This document shows, in pieces, positions 1-10,260 of a stretch of DNA of 64,000 bases (position 1 is its first letter; each line of letters opens with the position of its first letter). Location of the stretch: IMG/VR virus record IMGVR_UViG_3300018494_000083. One strand, written 5' to 3'. Below the pieces are notes generated by a model, which had not been told where the DNA came from, made no database searches, and worked only from the letters and a program-made list of their open reading frames with translations. Both the position numbers and the translations under genes were made by a program. Origin of the DNA: a virus. Its lineage: Duplodnaviria; Caudoviricetes.

Positions 1-728
1 CATTCATCAATAAACTTATCGAGATTAGCCTCGAAGTATTCCTGCTCTTTATAACGAGCATGGTTTCTTAACAGGAAAGTATATACCTGAGGATGATCAA
101 GCTTTACTCCGAATTTATCATATGAGATAACAACTGATACTGCATTGATAGGTCCTCTGCCTTCGTCCATTTCAACAGTTGTTAAACCGTAGACATCAGA
201 CTCGATATCAAGGAAGGCTTTAGAGACACTTAAGTTACCAATAGTGTCACCTTCAGACTCTTGGTACTTCTTGTTATTCAACAGATATGTTATCATTGCA
301 TAGTCAGCAATGTTATAATCGGAATAATATGCATTTCTCCACTTGAATGCTTCCTTAGGTGCTTTCTCTGTTACAGGAAGATAGTCCAAGTCACGACCAT
401 CTTCTTTAATCATATTCCTTACAAATGTGGTAATTCTGGAATATGGAACTTGATACATGTCGACATCATTAATCGGCAAGAATTTTCTTTGTGTTTTAAA
501 AGAGCCACGTTTTTCGGGCTTCGTAATGAAAGTAGCCACCTGAGGATCTTCGATTTGTTTCAATCGTTTCTCACCAGTTCTACGATCTCTGTATACCAAA
601 TACAGATAATCATTTGCAACCTTCTTCTTTCGACCACTTTCACTCTCTTCATAATATGGTGCAACGTACATTGCATTCAATAATAAGAGATCTTCATTAG
701 GGTCAAGATATGGTGGTAAATGAACCAT
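1..728 (-). CDS. Family B DNA polymerase, N-terminal/3'-5' exonuclease region (runs off window start)
   Basis: Manually read: ATG at 728 after an AGGAGG RBS, MVHLPPYLDPNED..., with ExoI-like motif SKAFLDIESDV at ~230-198. Absent from the ORF track because it has no stop in the window. Confidence 0.7.
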   Translation of the reverse strand, partial: MVHLPPYLDPNEDLLLLNAMYVAPYYEESESGRKKKVANDYLYLVYRDRRTGEKRLKQIEDPQVATFITKPEKRGSFKTQRKFLPINDVDMYQVPYSRITTFVRNMIKEDGRDLDYLPVTEKAPKEAFKWRNAYYSDYNIADYAMITYLLNNKKYQESEGDTIGNLSVSKAFLDIESDVYGLTTVEMDEGRGPINAVSVVISYDKFGVKLDHPQVYTFLLRNHARYKEQEYFEANLDKFIDE

Positions 729-896
729 ATTAAAATTCCCTCCTATATTGTGATTAATAAAAAGTTTTCAAACTTGTTAAATCATAAGCTCGTTATTTTA
801 TGATCTATTACATAAATATAATGTATATTTAAATACGAAATCTAAAAACACTTAAATAACCAAGCAACTCTTGACTTATATCAAGGAGGAAATAAC

Positions 897-2189
897 ATGG
901 CTAAGCCAAATAATAGCATATATGTCCCTGAAGTCGATCGCATTAAACAGGGTGTAAATAATTTCGATCCGCTGAAAGATGTAAAAGACGATGAGGGATT
1001 TGTAAAAGTCACCAGATCTAAAGCTGGTGCTGAGTCTCGTAACAGAGCAATCACTCGTGAAATCACTGAGCAGCAGGATGCACTTAAAAGACTTAAGGAA
1101 ATTGCCGATAACTACGGCATGTCTAAGAAGGACATCAAAGATACTCGTGAAGACATCGAGGAAGATGATTATAAGAAAGCCCGTAAAGAAGAGCGTAAGA
1201 GAGGAGAGCGAAATGAACTCGACTCGTATTTCTCTTCGCTGATTAATTCGGGCTCCATGCCCACAGATTTTGCTTCCTATGTACAGGATGGTGGTGAAAA
1301 GGGCGAAAAGAAAAAGAAGAAAAAGAAGAAGAAAAAGGACAAAGAGAGAGCCAAGATGGCTGGCTTGTATGTCAAAGAAAAGAAGAAAGATAAAGACGGC
1401 GAGAAAAAGAAAAAGAAGGATAAGGATGATGAGGACGCAAAGAATCGTTCTGAAGTAGCTGAGAGATTCCGTGAGGTTGAAAAGATCTCACGTAAGAACA
1501 TGGCTGAGATTGACGATACCGTTGACTTTATTAACGGACGTCTTAATGATCTCACCTCTTCTGCGGAGAGGCTCAAGAATAGAGACTATGTTATCTCGAA
1601 CTACATCAGTGCGAAATCCACCCTTATCTCTACAAGACAGAAAATCGCTACTGACATCGGCTCCAACAGAGCAAAGATCTACGAAATCGAGATGAAGAAG
1701 GAAAAGACTGCAAGAGATGCATCTGCATCCGACGCAGATATGATCGCTCGTCTGTTTCCTGGAATTGCTCTCGGTGGCGGTATGGGTAAAGATATCAATA
1801 AGTATATTGCTGAGAATGGCAAGAACAAGGATTCGAAGAAGAAGAAAAAGCATAAGTACTGGGATGAAGAAGATGATGACATTATCGACGATAAGGACCT
1901 TGACGCTCGTGAGCGTGCTCTCATGAAGTCTGGTGACTTAGAGTATTCTGACTATGACGAGAATATCGAGTATGAAGGACAATTCAAGATCGGTATTAAG
2001 AAAGCTTACACTACTGGTGAGTGGAAGTTCGTCGGTCTCGATAATGACGGCAACATTATCCCTGGTATTCCTAAGTCTCACTTTCCGTCCAAGAAGACTT
2101 GTCAGATGAAGTTCGATGATGAGAACGATGTGGCACAGGATCTTAACAGAAATGTTATCTACCCTGTAATCCAGGTTCCCACAATCTAA
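897..2189 (+). CDS. Hypothetical protein, highly charged with poly-Lys tracts
   Basis: 430 aa ORF, AGGAGG RBS, followed by a terminator hairpin. Confidence 0.8.
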   Translation: MAKPNNSIYVPEVDRIKQGVNNFDPLKDVKDDEGFVKVTRSKAGAESRNRAITREITEQQDALKRLKEIADNYGMSKKDIKDTREDIEEDDYKKARKEERKRGERNELDSYFSSLINSGSMPTDFASYVQDGGEKGEKKKKKKKKKKDKERAKMAGLYVKEKKKDKDGEKKKKKDKDDEDAKNRSEVAERFREVEKISRKNMAEIDDTVDFINGRLNDLTSSAERLKNRDYVISNYISAKSTLISTRQKIATDIGSNRAKIYEIEMKKEKTARDASASDADMIARLFPGIALGGGMGKDINKYIAENGKNKDSKKKKKHKYWDEEDDDIIDDKDLDARERALMKSGDLEYSDYDENIEYEGQFKIGIKKAYTTGEWKFVGLDNDGNIIPGIPKSHFPSKKTCQMKFDDENDVAQDLNRNVIYPVIQVPTI

Positions 2190-2214
2190 TACTTAAGAAA
2201 AAAAAATAAAAATA

Positions 2215-2240
2215 GGGAGAGTGCAATCAAGCACTCTCCC
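2215..2240. terminator. Bidirectional intrinsic terminator
   Basis: GGGAGAGTGC-aatcaa-GCACTCTCCC hairpin flanked by A- and T-tracts between convergent genes. Confidence 0.8.
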
Positions 2241-2419
2241 ATCTTTTTTATAGATTTTCACAGTTTCAATTGGATCGAAAATAATACCGAGATAGATTAA
2301 CCTCGGTTAGGTTTAAGAAGGTCGACAAGGTAGATAGCATCACGCTATCTACCCGTCTTTTTGGAATATTAAAGAATCACAACACATGGAGGAAACACAA
2401 ACCACCAGTTTAGCACTGG

Positions 2420-4300
2420 TTAATTTAATGTTTCTTTTTTCTCCTCTGTCATGACCTCCTGATTAATATGATGATGGCTAATAGAAACATAACCATCATC
2501 ATTCTCGAGCTTTTTACGTCTCTTAATCACAGCAAGATTATCTTCTGTGTTGACAATTCCGTCCGCATCCACGTAGGTTCTCTTATAGAAAGGATCCTTA
2601 GATTTGCGAGCGGATATAATAGCCATGTTAGTGACCATATTCTGAAGTACTTTGTATCGTCTGTGGATAACAAAGCAATTGTCTCTTATTTCGAGACCCT
2701 TCATACCATTGATTTGGTCAACGGTATGCATTCTGGCATCCTTGAGTTTTTCGATTTCAACCTTGCGGGAATCGACGGCTTTGTCTTTGAGCCGTTCCTT
2801 TAAATGACGTATATAGTCATGATACTCATCAGGATCTTGGCTTTCCTTACTAAAGAAGCCATTGCCATAGATTTTGCACTTAGGGGTTAAGAACCCTGTG
2901 AGTGCTGTGTTCTTACCGTGTGATATACCGTTAAGATCAATACGTCCCAGATGTGACGGATAAATATCACGGAATTCAGAACTGATGTTTTTACCACCAG
3001 TGATACCCTGTGCACCAAGCTGACTCATTCTCAAGCCGTTAAGCATGTCAAAGTCGTTGATCTCAGGATCATATTTGAGTAAGCTATTCTTTGCTGAAAT
3101 CATGGCACGAAATAGTTCGTCAGGATTCCAGTTAAAGATCTTCTCAATTGACTCAATCGTAATCTTCTTCTTATTCAGAAGAGTGTTTACTCTGTACGTC
3201 ATGGACTGAATGTAATAGAAGGCTGTAACCTCATTACATCTCAAACGTTTATTTCCAAAGTCGTGATTATCTTTTCTTCGGAGCTCTTGGTAGTTTCCTA
3301 TCATCCAGCGAATCAAAGAATAAGTACTCGTGAGGTTTCTCTTACCGAGTCTCAGGGTTGACTTTGTAATATCATCGAGTATACGTTCAAATGATACTAA
3401 GACATTGAGACCTTTCGAATGATGATTTTTGGTGTTGGTTGTAAAGATAGAACCAAGCTTTACTATCCAGAAATCAACATCATTAATCGCATCGAATTTA
3501 TCTCTATTACCTATCATATCATAGACCATATATGCGAAGGTTCTTACAAACTCACTCTCCATGAAGGCACGGCGATCAACTTCGACAAGCACCTCTTTGT
3601 TTGCCCTGAAATAACAGTTAATTTCTCTGTCATATTCAGTATCGACTACATCAATTAAGTCCTTTAACCCGAAGTACTTAATCGTTGGTTTGACACCGAA
3701 CTTTGCAAAGAAATAATACAAAGGATTAATCTCTTTCGTGAAAAGATTCAAGACAAAGGTTTTGATAGATGTTCGAAGCTCATCTGTAGACTCGAACGGG
3801 AGCTTTACGGGCTCTCGGTACAGGTCGATAGGTGTGAGCGTAGTCTTCAGCTTAACAGATCGTTTCTGTGTGTATGTAGACATATCCACGATCTGTTTTT
3901 GAGGAAGAACAAGTTTACCATTGATGAGGAAATGATACTGGTCAATGTAGCTTGGGATTAACAAACTCTTAGACACATATCGTGTTTCTCCATCGTAATC
4001 AATTCTAAACTTAAGGTTCAGCATCTCCTGTGCGGTATCTCGGATAGATACAATTCGGGAAATGTCTTTATCCTTGAGAATAGCTTTTGACTTGATATGC
4101 TTCCTATTTAGTTTAACATCAATCTTACTTGCGTCAGTAATGTGTTCCCAACCTGTAAAAGTGATGTAAGGAAGTGATTCGATAACTTTCAATCCTGAGA
4201 CTATAAACTCAGCAATCGATTGTTCCTTAGTTCTATCAAACAGACTAGAATTGACATCTTTTGTTTGATTCTTTGAAAATTCTGCAATAAAGTCATTCAT
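2420..4300 (-). CDS. Phage multisubunit RNA polymerase, beta-like subunit N-terminal half
   Basis: Motifs FLINGKLVLPQ, NKRLRCNE and FRDIYPSHLGRIDL align by eye with RpoB FIINGxE, NRRxRSVGE and VRDVHPTHYGRVCP. Confidence 0.85.
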   Translation of the reverse strand: MNDFIAEFSKNQTKDVNSSLFDRTKEQSIAEFIVSGLKVIESLPYITFTGWEHITDASKIDVKLNRKHIKSKAILKDKDISRIVSIRDTAQEMLNLKFRIDYDGETRYVSKSLLIPSYIDQYHFLINGKLVLPQKQIVDMSTYTQKRSVKLKTTLTPIDLYREPVKLPFESTDELRTSIKTFVLNLFTKEINPLYYFFAKFGVKPTIKYFGLKDLIDVVDTEYDREINCYFRANKEVLVEVDRRAFMESEFVRTFAYMVYDMIGNRDKFDAINDVDFWIVKLGSIFTTNTKNHHSKGLNVLVSFERILDDITKSTLRLGKRNLTSTYSLIRWMIGNYQELRRKDNHDFGNKRLRCNEVTAFYYIQSMTYRVNTLLNKKKITIESIEKIFNWNPDELFRAMISAKNSLLKYDPEINDFDMLNGLRMSQLGAQGITGGKNISSEFRDIYPSHLGRIDLNGISHGKNTALTGFLTPKCKIYGNGFFSKESQDPDEYHDYIRHLKERLKDKAVDSRKVEIEKLKDARMHTVDQINGMKGLEIRDNCFVIHRRYKVLQNMVTNMAIISARKSKDPFYKRTYVDADGIVNTEDNLAVIKRRKKLENDDGYVSISHHHINQEVMTEEKKETLN

Positions 4301-4378
4301 AGTCTATCCTCCAGATAAATAAAGAAATTAGGTCTCACGGTGTTACCCGTGAGACCATATGTGGCTCTATTATCTGGA

Positions 4379-5071
4379 TTACGCGTTAGCCATTCTTTCG
4401 GCAAGCATATCAGACTTACAGTTACCCTTGAATCCCTTGTCAAAGGTCATGGTTACGGAATAACCAGACTTAGAAGGAGATACCTTGAACTTACCGAAAC
4501 CAGGTACTTCGTACTCGATATCGGAAGAGGAATCCTTGTAGTTGCAAAGGATGTTGATGATTGCAAGGAATACAGCTGCAGCAGATACTGCGATATCAGA
4601 TTCCTCGTCAAAGGTAAGACCACGAGCAGATGCAGACTCAGGACGATTGGTATCATCGATCCATTCGCCGTTGTTGTAGATCTTGCTCATGAATGCATTT
4701 CTGAAGCACTTGATGAGCTTCTCGTTCTTGATCATCTCAAGAGCCATGGAATCCATAGCATCGGAATCGAACTCGACAGAGTCAGAGTCAACAAGTTCCT
4801 GACCTACAGGACCAAGCTCGAAAGAAGGAACGAATGCAGCAGAGTCACCCTTCTTAACAGCGGTGAGCTTGAAGTTCATTACAACGCCGGACTTATTCTT
4901 GATGTCAAGAGATACTTCCTCGGAGTTGTTCTCATACATCTCGCTCTGAAGATAGCTAGCTACCGCAGTGGGTACGCCAGATACTACGAAAGAGCAGAGC
5001 TGAGGATAGGACTTGAATTCGAAAAAGAGACCGTTAAGGTAATTCTCAACAAATTCAGTAAAAGTTTTCAT
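4379..5071 (-). CDS. Hypothetical protein (C-terminal VPGFGKF weakly HU/IHF-like)
   Basis: 230 aa ORF with GGAGG RBS. Confidence 0.7.
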   Translation of the reverse strand: MKTFTEFVENYLNGLFFEFKSYPQLCSFVVSGVPTAVASYLQSEMYENNSEEVSLDIKNKSGVVMNFKLTAVKKGDSAAFVPSFELGPVGQELVDSDSVEFDSDAMDSMALEMIKNEKLIKCFRNAFMSKIYNNGEWIDDTNRPESASARGLTFDEESDIAVSAAAVFLAIINILCNYKDSSSDIEYEVPGFGKFKVSPSKSGYSVTMTFDKGFKGNCKSDMLAERMANA

Positions 5072-5299
5072 GATAGTTCCTCCAAATAATTGGTTTATTA
5101 GAATAGGTTTAACACCCGTTCTTCAAGTTAATATTGTATAAACCAATATACCCTTGAATATCGGGTATTGAAGTGTTTTCAATCTTGTATAAAAATACAA
5201 GTCTGTAATAAAGGTTTGATAAAATTGTGAGCCACCCTGACAAGATGCCATAAGCCCTTGCCTCCGTAGTTCCCACAACCCCGTTATATCCAACCTCTA

Positions 5300-7504
5300 T
5301 TATTTTCCACAATGAGCAATGAATTCTTTCCTTGTCATTATTGGTCGATTGTGTGCCATTGCAAACTTTGCTTTAGACGCACTCATCATCGTTTCATCTC
5401 TGATTACAAGAATATCGTATTTCGAGCCAGATTCCTTTACGGCATATCCAGCTTTATTAGCGATATCAATTAGCTCTTCATCGTTTCTCATTCCTGAGAC
5501 GAGAATCGATTTATCGAGACTATCTTTTGAGACTTCATCCTTTATCGGGATCAACTTCAAGAGTCTCTTCAATTCCTCACATTTTGAGATCAGACCATCT
5601 GCAATCTTCGTAGCGTTCTCATCGATACCATCAGCTGTTTTTATTGCAGATACCAGCATACGGCGGTCACCTGCTTCGCAAAGCGATATTAACTTATCGA
5701 CACATACGGTGTCCAATAATTTGGATGCTGTACTGGTTCTCAGAGTATCTATTCCGAGTGCAGAAATAATCGATGCTACAGATCGAGGTTTGTTGAGAAT
5801 GTCAGCAATAGTTTTCATACATTGCTGAGCAGCTCCTTCTTTGAATCCTTCCAATTTCATAAAGTCTTTTGCTTTCATTTGAAGAACTTGTGATGGAAGT
5901 GTTACACCAAGTTCAGAATGCAATTGTTCACATGTCCTCGGTCCAATACCCTTTGCATTCAACGACACAAAGAAGGTGACTAGTGAACCGCTTACTCGAT
6001 ATGGACAATTTGGATCGGAACATCTATACTTGTTCTTCTCCTCAACGAGTTTCGCACCACACTCACAATGGGTTGGGAATTTAATCTTTTCACCCGTACC
6101 GGCTTTGCAAGTATCATCCTTATATCCATAGGGAATTACATCCCCACTTAACTTAAGAATTATCTCGTCGCCGATACGAAGATTCATTTCCTTGAACCTG
6201 TTTAGTGAATGCACTTGTGCTTTGCCTTGAGATGTACCATTAAGAATTACCGGATCTACTTTAAGTAGCATTTCCTTAAACCCAAAGTTACCCGTGGTAA
6301 TAATGACGTCTCTTACGATAGTCTTACCACTTTCCTCAGGGAATTTGAATGCTATCTGATATTGGTTGATATTGTTTTTACGACCAAGCTTTCGCTGAAG
6401 ATCTCGGTCAACAATAGTTAAAACCATACCGTCAATAGCATGATTAAGTGATGCTCTTGTTTTAATCCATTCATTAGATAGCTTCTCAAACTTTTGTAAA
6501 ATCTCTTTCTTAGTTCCTTTAATGATCTCATAATCCATATCGATGTCACCATAAATAAATGTATCATTCACGGCTTTATACATCTTAGACCACTTGATCT
6601 TATAGAACGATTTATCCTCGAGATATTCATCGAGAATATCAAATCCTACAGGTACCAAAGAAATAAATTTTCTGAGCTGTTTGGCTTCCTTGCTTTTGGC
6701 AAAGATGATTCGCCTTAATAGACCCGCAACAGCGGATCTATTGTTAGCGAACGTTTGGTTTGTGAATTCCTCGAATCCAGCTTTCTGGGCATCAGATACC
6801 AGCATCTCATATTGGACGCCGATATATTTTGGTGCATATCCGAGTACCTCTTTAATTCTGTTTGACGGGAAGCTTACATTATCGGGAATTACTGCACTGA
6901 CATCTGTTCCTTCGCCATAATCTTTCTTACCGCGTGATATTGCAGACATAGGTACATATCGTCCCTGAATAAGCTTATAGTCAAATGTGACTGAGGTTCC
7001 ATCTTTTTTCTGGTTGACAAGCACTACTATCTCTTCATCTTTTCCAACGGGGATTCCCTTAATGTAATCCTCTAAAGACTCACGAGTTTCGAACTTGTCT
7101 TTTTTATCATTGTAGATAAAATGAACTTTGTCCAGCGTTCCAGAAAGCACATCGTATTTGTACCGAGCATTAGCTAACCCAGTACCGTTATCACCGAATG
7201 GCTCAGGTCGGAACTTCTTGAACTTTGAAAGCATCTTATCATACAATTCGTCAGAGAAAGGATCGGAATATTTGTCTGACTCATATACCGTTTTAGCACA
7301 AACGATAATCGTTGTCAGCAAATCAAGGACTCTATCAGACACTTCTGATTTGTCCATTCTTATGAATTTATCGATGAATTTCTTCACAGAACTATCTTGT
7401 AACCAGATTGCCAAAAATACAATCCTTTTGGTTTGCTCATGTTCATTCATCCTTTGGACGGCATATGTTACTCTCTCGAGTAATTTATCATTCATTCTTC
7501 TCAC
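5300..7504 (-). CDS. ligA: NAD-dependent DNA ligase
   Basis: KxDG (QKKDGTS), SRG, NNRSAVAG, IDGMV, IAFKFP, Cys4 zinc finger, HhH region, BRCT-like C-terminus. Confidence 0.93.
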   Translation of the reverse strand: MRRMNDKLLERVTYAVQRMNEHEQTKRIVFLAIWLQDSSVKKFIDKFIRMDKSEVSDRVLDLLTTIIVCAKTVYESDKYSDPFSDELYDKMLSKFKKFRPEPFGDNGTGLANARYKYDVLSGTLDKVHFIYNDKKDKFETRESLEDYIKGIPVGKDEEIVVLVNQKKDGTSVTFDYKLIQGRYVPMSAISRGKKDYGEGTDVSAVIPDNVSFPSNRIKEVLGYAPKYIGVQYEMLVSDAQKAGFEEFTNQTFANNRSAVAGLLRRIIFAKSKEAKQLRKFISLVPVGFDILDEYLEDKSFYKIKWSKMYKAVNDTFIYGDIDMDYEIIKGTKKEILQKFEKLSNEWIKTRASLNHAIDGMVLTIVDRDLQRKLGRKNNINQYQIAFKFPEESGKTIVRDVIITTGNFGFKEMLLKVDPVILNGTSQGKAQVHSLNRFKEMNLRIGDEIILKLSGDVIPYGYKDDTCKAGTGEKIKFPTHCECGAKLVEEKNKYRCSDPNCPYRVSGSLVTFFVSLNAKGIGPRTCEQLHSELGVTLPSQVLQMKAKDFMKLEGFKEGAAQQCMKTIADILNKPRSVASIISALGIDTLRTSTASKLLDTVCVDKLISLCEAGDRRMLVSAIKTADGIDENATKIADGLISKCEELKRLLKLIPIKDEVSKDSLDKSILVSGMRNDEELIDIANKAGYAVKESGSKYDILVIRDETMMSASKAKFAMAHNRPIMTRKEFIAHCGK

Positions 7505-7568
7505 CTTCCTTTCACGAATATGATGTATATTTATAGACTATTTTTGATTCCATTTTACATACCTCGGA

Positions 7569-10174
7569 TTATAACATCTTCTTTATGTAATCTGGTATCG
7601 TGGGTATATCACAATCTGCTTTGATATTCTTTTTGGAATTCTTGTCATATGTGATATTAAGTTTATAGCCCATAGTTTTGAGATATGTATTAAGCATATC
7701 TACTGCCCTCGATTTCTCGGAAGGCATATTGATAATAAATCCATCAGTAGGATCATCTTCAAACAAATCACTTGCTCGTCTTCCTTCAGTGGAAGATGCA
7801 TGAGATCTGAGAAAATAGTCCAACGCGTCATAGTCGGCTGACAGCATCAAGATATTCAATTCCTGTTCCAGTATCTTCATGTAGGTCGTTAATCTACATC
7901 GTCATTTAGACTGCTCTAGGTCGCCCTAGAAGTTGAGACTATATCTTCACTTTATAAGTGTCTACCATTTCCATTTAAGGGATTCTCACCCACTCACTTG
8001 AGCCGTACTCCTGTTGCTCTATTTACGATCGCCGAGCCTAGGGATAGTCGTTGAACGTTACTCTTTCGAGTCTTCGCTGCTGATTGTCTGCTAGAGACTT
8101 CCCAGCAATTAGATAGATAAGGGCTAATGTTAACCCAAGCGATTCATTATGTTCACACAGGTCGTTAATCTGCGCAGTTCTCTTACGAACTTCTCTATAT
8201 TGCTATAGATGTTCAGACTATATCACCACCCGTTCTGGGTGCATACCATTTCGAATTAAGGGAATTTCACCCGCTCACTTGAGCCCTACTCCTATTGGTT
8301 ATTTCAAACCCGAGGGATAGTCGTTGAACGTTCTCCTTACGGAGCTTCGCTGCTGATTAGGTCTATGACCCTTCCAGCAATTAAATATGTTTGCTACTAG
8401 CTATTCCTAACTAGAGGTGCAATTGCTTACACTGATCAGGGTATGGAATTTTATGTCTTGCTGCCTTGGTGGATTTAATAGGCATTGAGGTTCGAGGATT
8501 GTTCATTGACTTAGAACGTACAGAGAACTTAGTAACAGGTTCCTGTTTAAGTCTCATAATATATTCGTCAGCCACAATTACTTTCTTGATCGTCTTATGT
8601 CGTTCACCATCCTCGTTAGTGTACGTCATATAGGTACGTTCAGGATTAAACTTATCATAGAGCTTGACCATAGTATCGCCATTTACGCAGTACATCGGAG
8701 ACTGGATGATATAGATTCGTCCATCTTCTATCTTCTTCATAAAGTCGATTACTTCATCATTACTCTTGTATGCGAGGTACTCTCTCATGGATGCGGCTTG
8801 TTCAGGGGCAGCAATATCCAAGAAGGAATAGAGATACTTAAACTTTTCGGAAAGAGAATCCATACGAGAGATTCTATCCCTTACAGTTTCAGCAATCCAG
8901 TTCAATTCCATCTCATAAAGCTGACCACTGTTAAGACGACCAAGAACGCCAAGTGCATCGATTCGGATATCAGGCACTACACCATCTTCAGTGCATCCCA
9001 TTTCCTCATCAGAAATGACGTTACTTAATACGGATTTATTACCGTATCTACCTGCAATCTTACATCCTCTACGGAGCTTCTCTATTTTATACATAGTGAA
9101 TTCCATCTGGATATTGGAGAAGATTTTGTCTTCATCTGCATACTTACAAGTAGGGTCGAGGTAGTCTTTTGCCTTCGAATACAGTCTGGAAAGTTCCTCG
9201 GTGTATTTAGAATCTGAATTGATTATCTTCTGGAACTCTTCATAGATTTCCGTATAATACTCAATCAGTCGTCTCATGTAACGCTTTACCTGTGCATATG
9301 CGGGAAGATCAGGTATGTCATCAATCGATTTGTTTGACCAAATATCGATATCTGCGATTACGAAGTTATCAGACATTTGGTATACATCATCGGATGGGAA
9401 AATCTTTCGCAGATTAGAATTCTTCAGATTGAACTGGTCCATTGCCTTGTTCTTTCTTCGAACTGCACAGATTACTGCCTTTTTGGTTTTCTCACCAATG
9501 TCAGGGAACGACTTATAAGTCTCGCTATTACCGTAGATATTCAGAGGAATATCATTATCGTTGATCGGTACATCGCAAGTATCTACATATGTCGTTGCCA
9601 TCTTCTTGGCGAAGCTTTCGGATACAACAACTGCATCCTCAATGGTTTCCTGTGATATCACGTAAACTACCTTGGCATTGACACCATATCGGTAGTTCTG
9701 GTACTCGTCAAAAGACGGTGACATATACATGACTGTGTCTTTTGGAACTGTGTCACCAACTGAATATGAGTCGATAACTTCATTGTTCCATTTATACCCA
9801 TACATCTCGGACAAGTTTCTCACTTCCTGTCTCTGAAGAATTCCGTATTCGTCTTTCTTCGGGTCATAGGTAATGAGAGTATACGAGAATCCAGGGTACT
9901 TCTCAATCTTCTTCACGATCTTGATTTTACTATCTGTCTTCTTATATCCCGTGGAATACTGACCGAACATATGTTCATAGCCGGTAAGCACACCAGGGAT
10001 TTCGGCATGGATAGGAACCAAGCATTGCATCAAGTGAGAACTCAGCATTGTAGCTCTTGCACTTGATGAGTATGAAGAGAGAGATAATAAGCCTATAGAC
10101 AAGGCATCGTCGAGAGAGTCAAGTTCATTTGCTCGATCTCGTATTTCTTGCTCGAAGTAAGCTTTGTTACTCAT
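7569..10174 (-). CDS. Phage RNA polymerase beta-like subunit, C-terminal half; spliced (exons 10174-8429, 8144-8133, 7868-7569; ~685 aa)
   Basis: GCKIAGRYGNKSV and RLNSGQLYE motifs. Removing two group I introns restores PDQC-NRLG-EQELNIL, equivalent to RpoB GQRFGEMEVWAL. Confidence 0.9.
7869..8132 (-). mobile_element. Group I intron (264 nt, no ORF), RNAP beta-like gene intron 2
   Basis: P1 gggU-uaacauua-Gccc with U.G pair; core AAUUGCUGGGAA / AAUCAGCAG / GUUCAACGACUA / GAUAUAGUCU; terminal G; frame restored. Confidence 0.9.
8145..8428 (-). mobile_element. Group I intron (284 nt, no ORF), RNAP beta-like gene intron 1
   Basis: P1 gugUaa-gcaa-uuGcac; same conserved core; terminal G at 8145. 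Confidence 0.9.
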
Positions 10175-10260
10175 TCAAACACTCTCCCTTTGCATTATTA
10201 ATATTGGTTGAGACGAAAGATGGATAGGCAGGTTAATGCCTATCCATTTGCTTGGTTTAA

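Noticed and set aside
5090-5300. Another solo cassette in the ligase downstream gap (ends GGGTGTT on minus)
   Set aside because: No ACTCC anchor at the expected distance.
7569-7880. Stand-alone genes starting MKI(L/M)... (also 10261-10746, 31387-32265) and the downstream fragments 39383-40072 and 30933-31124
   Set aside because: These are downstream exons; most of the apparent starts lie in intron sequence.
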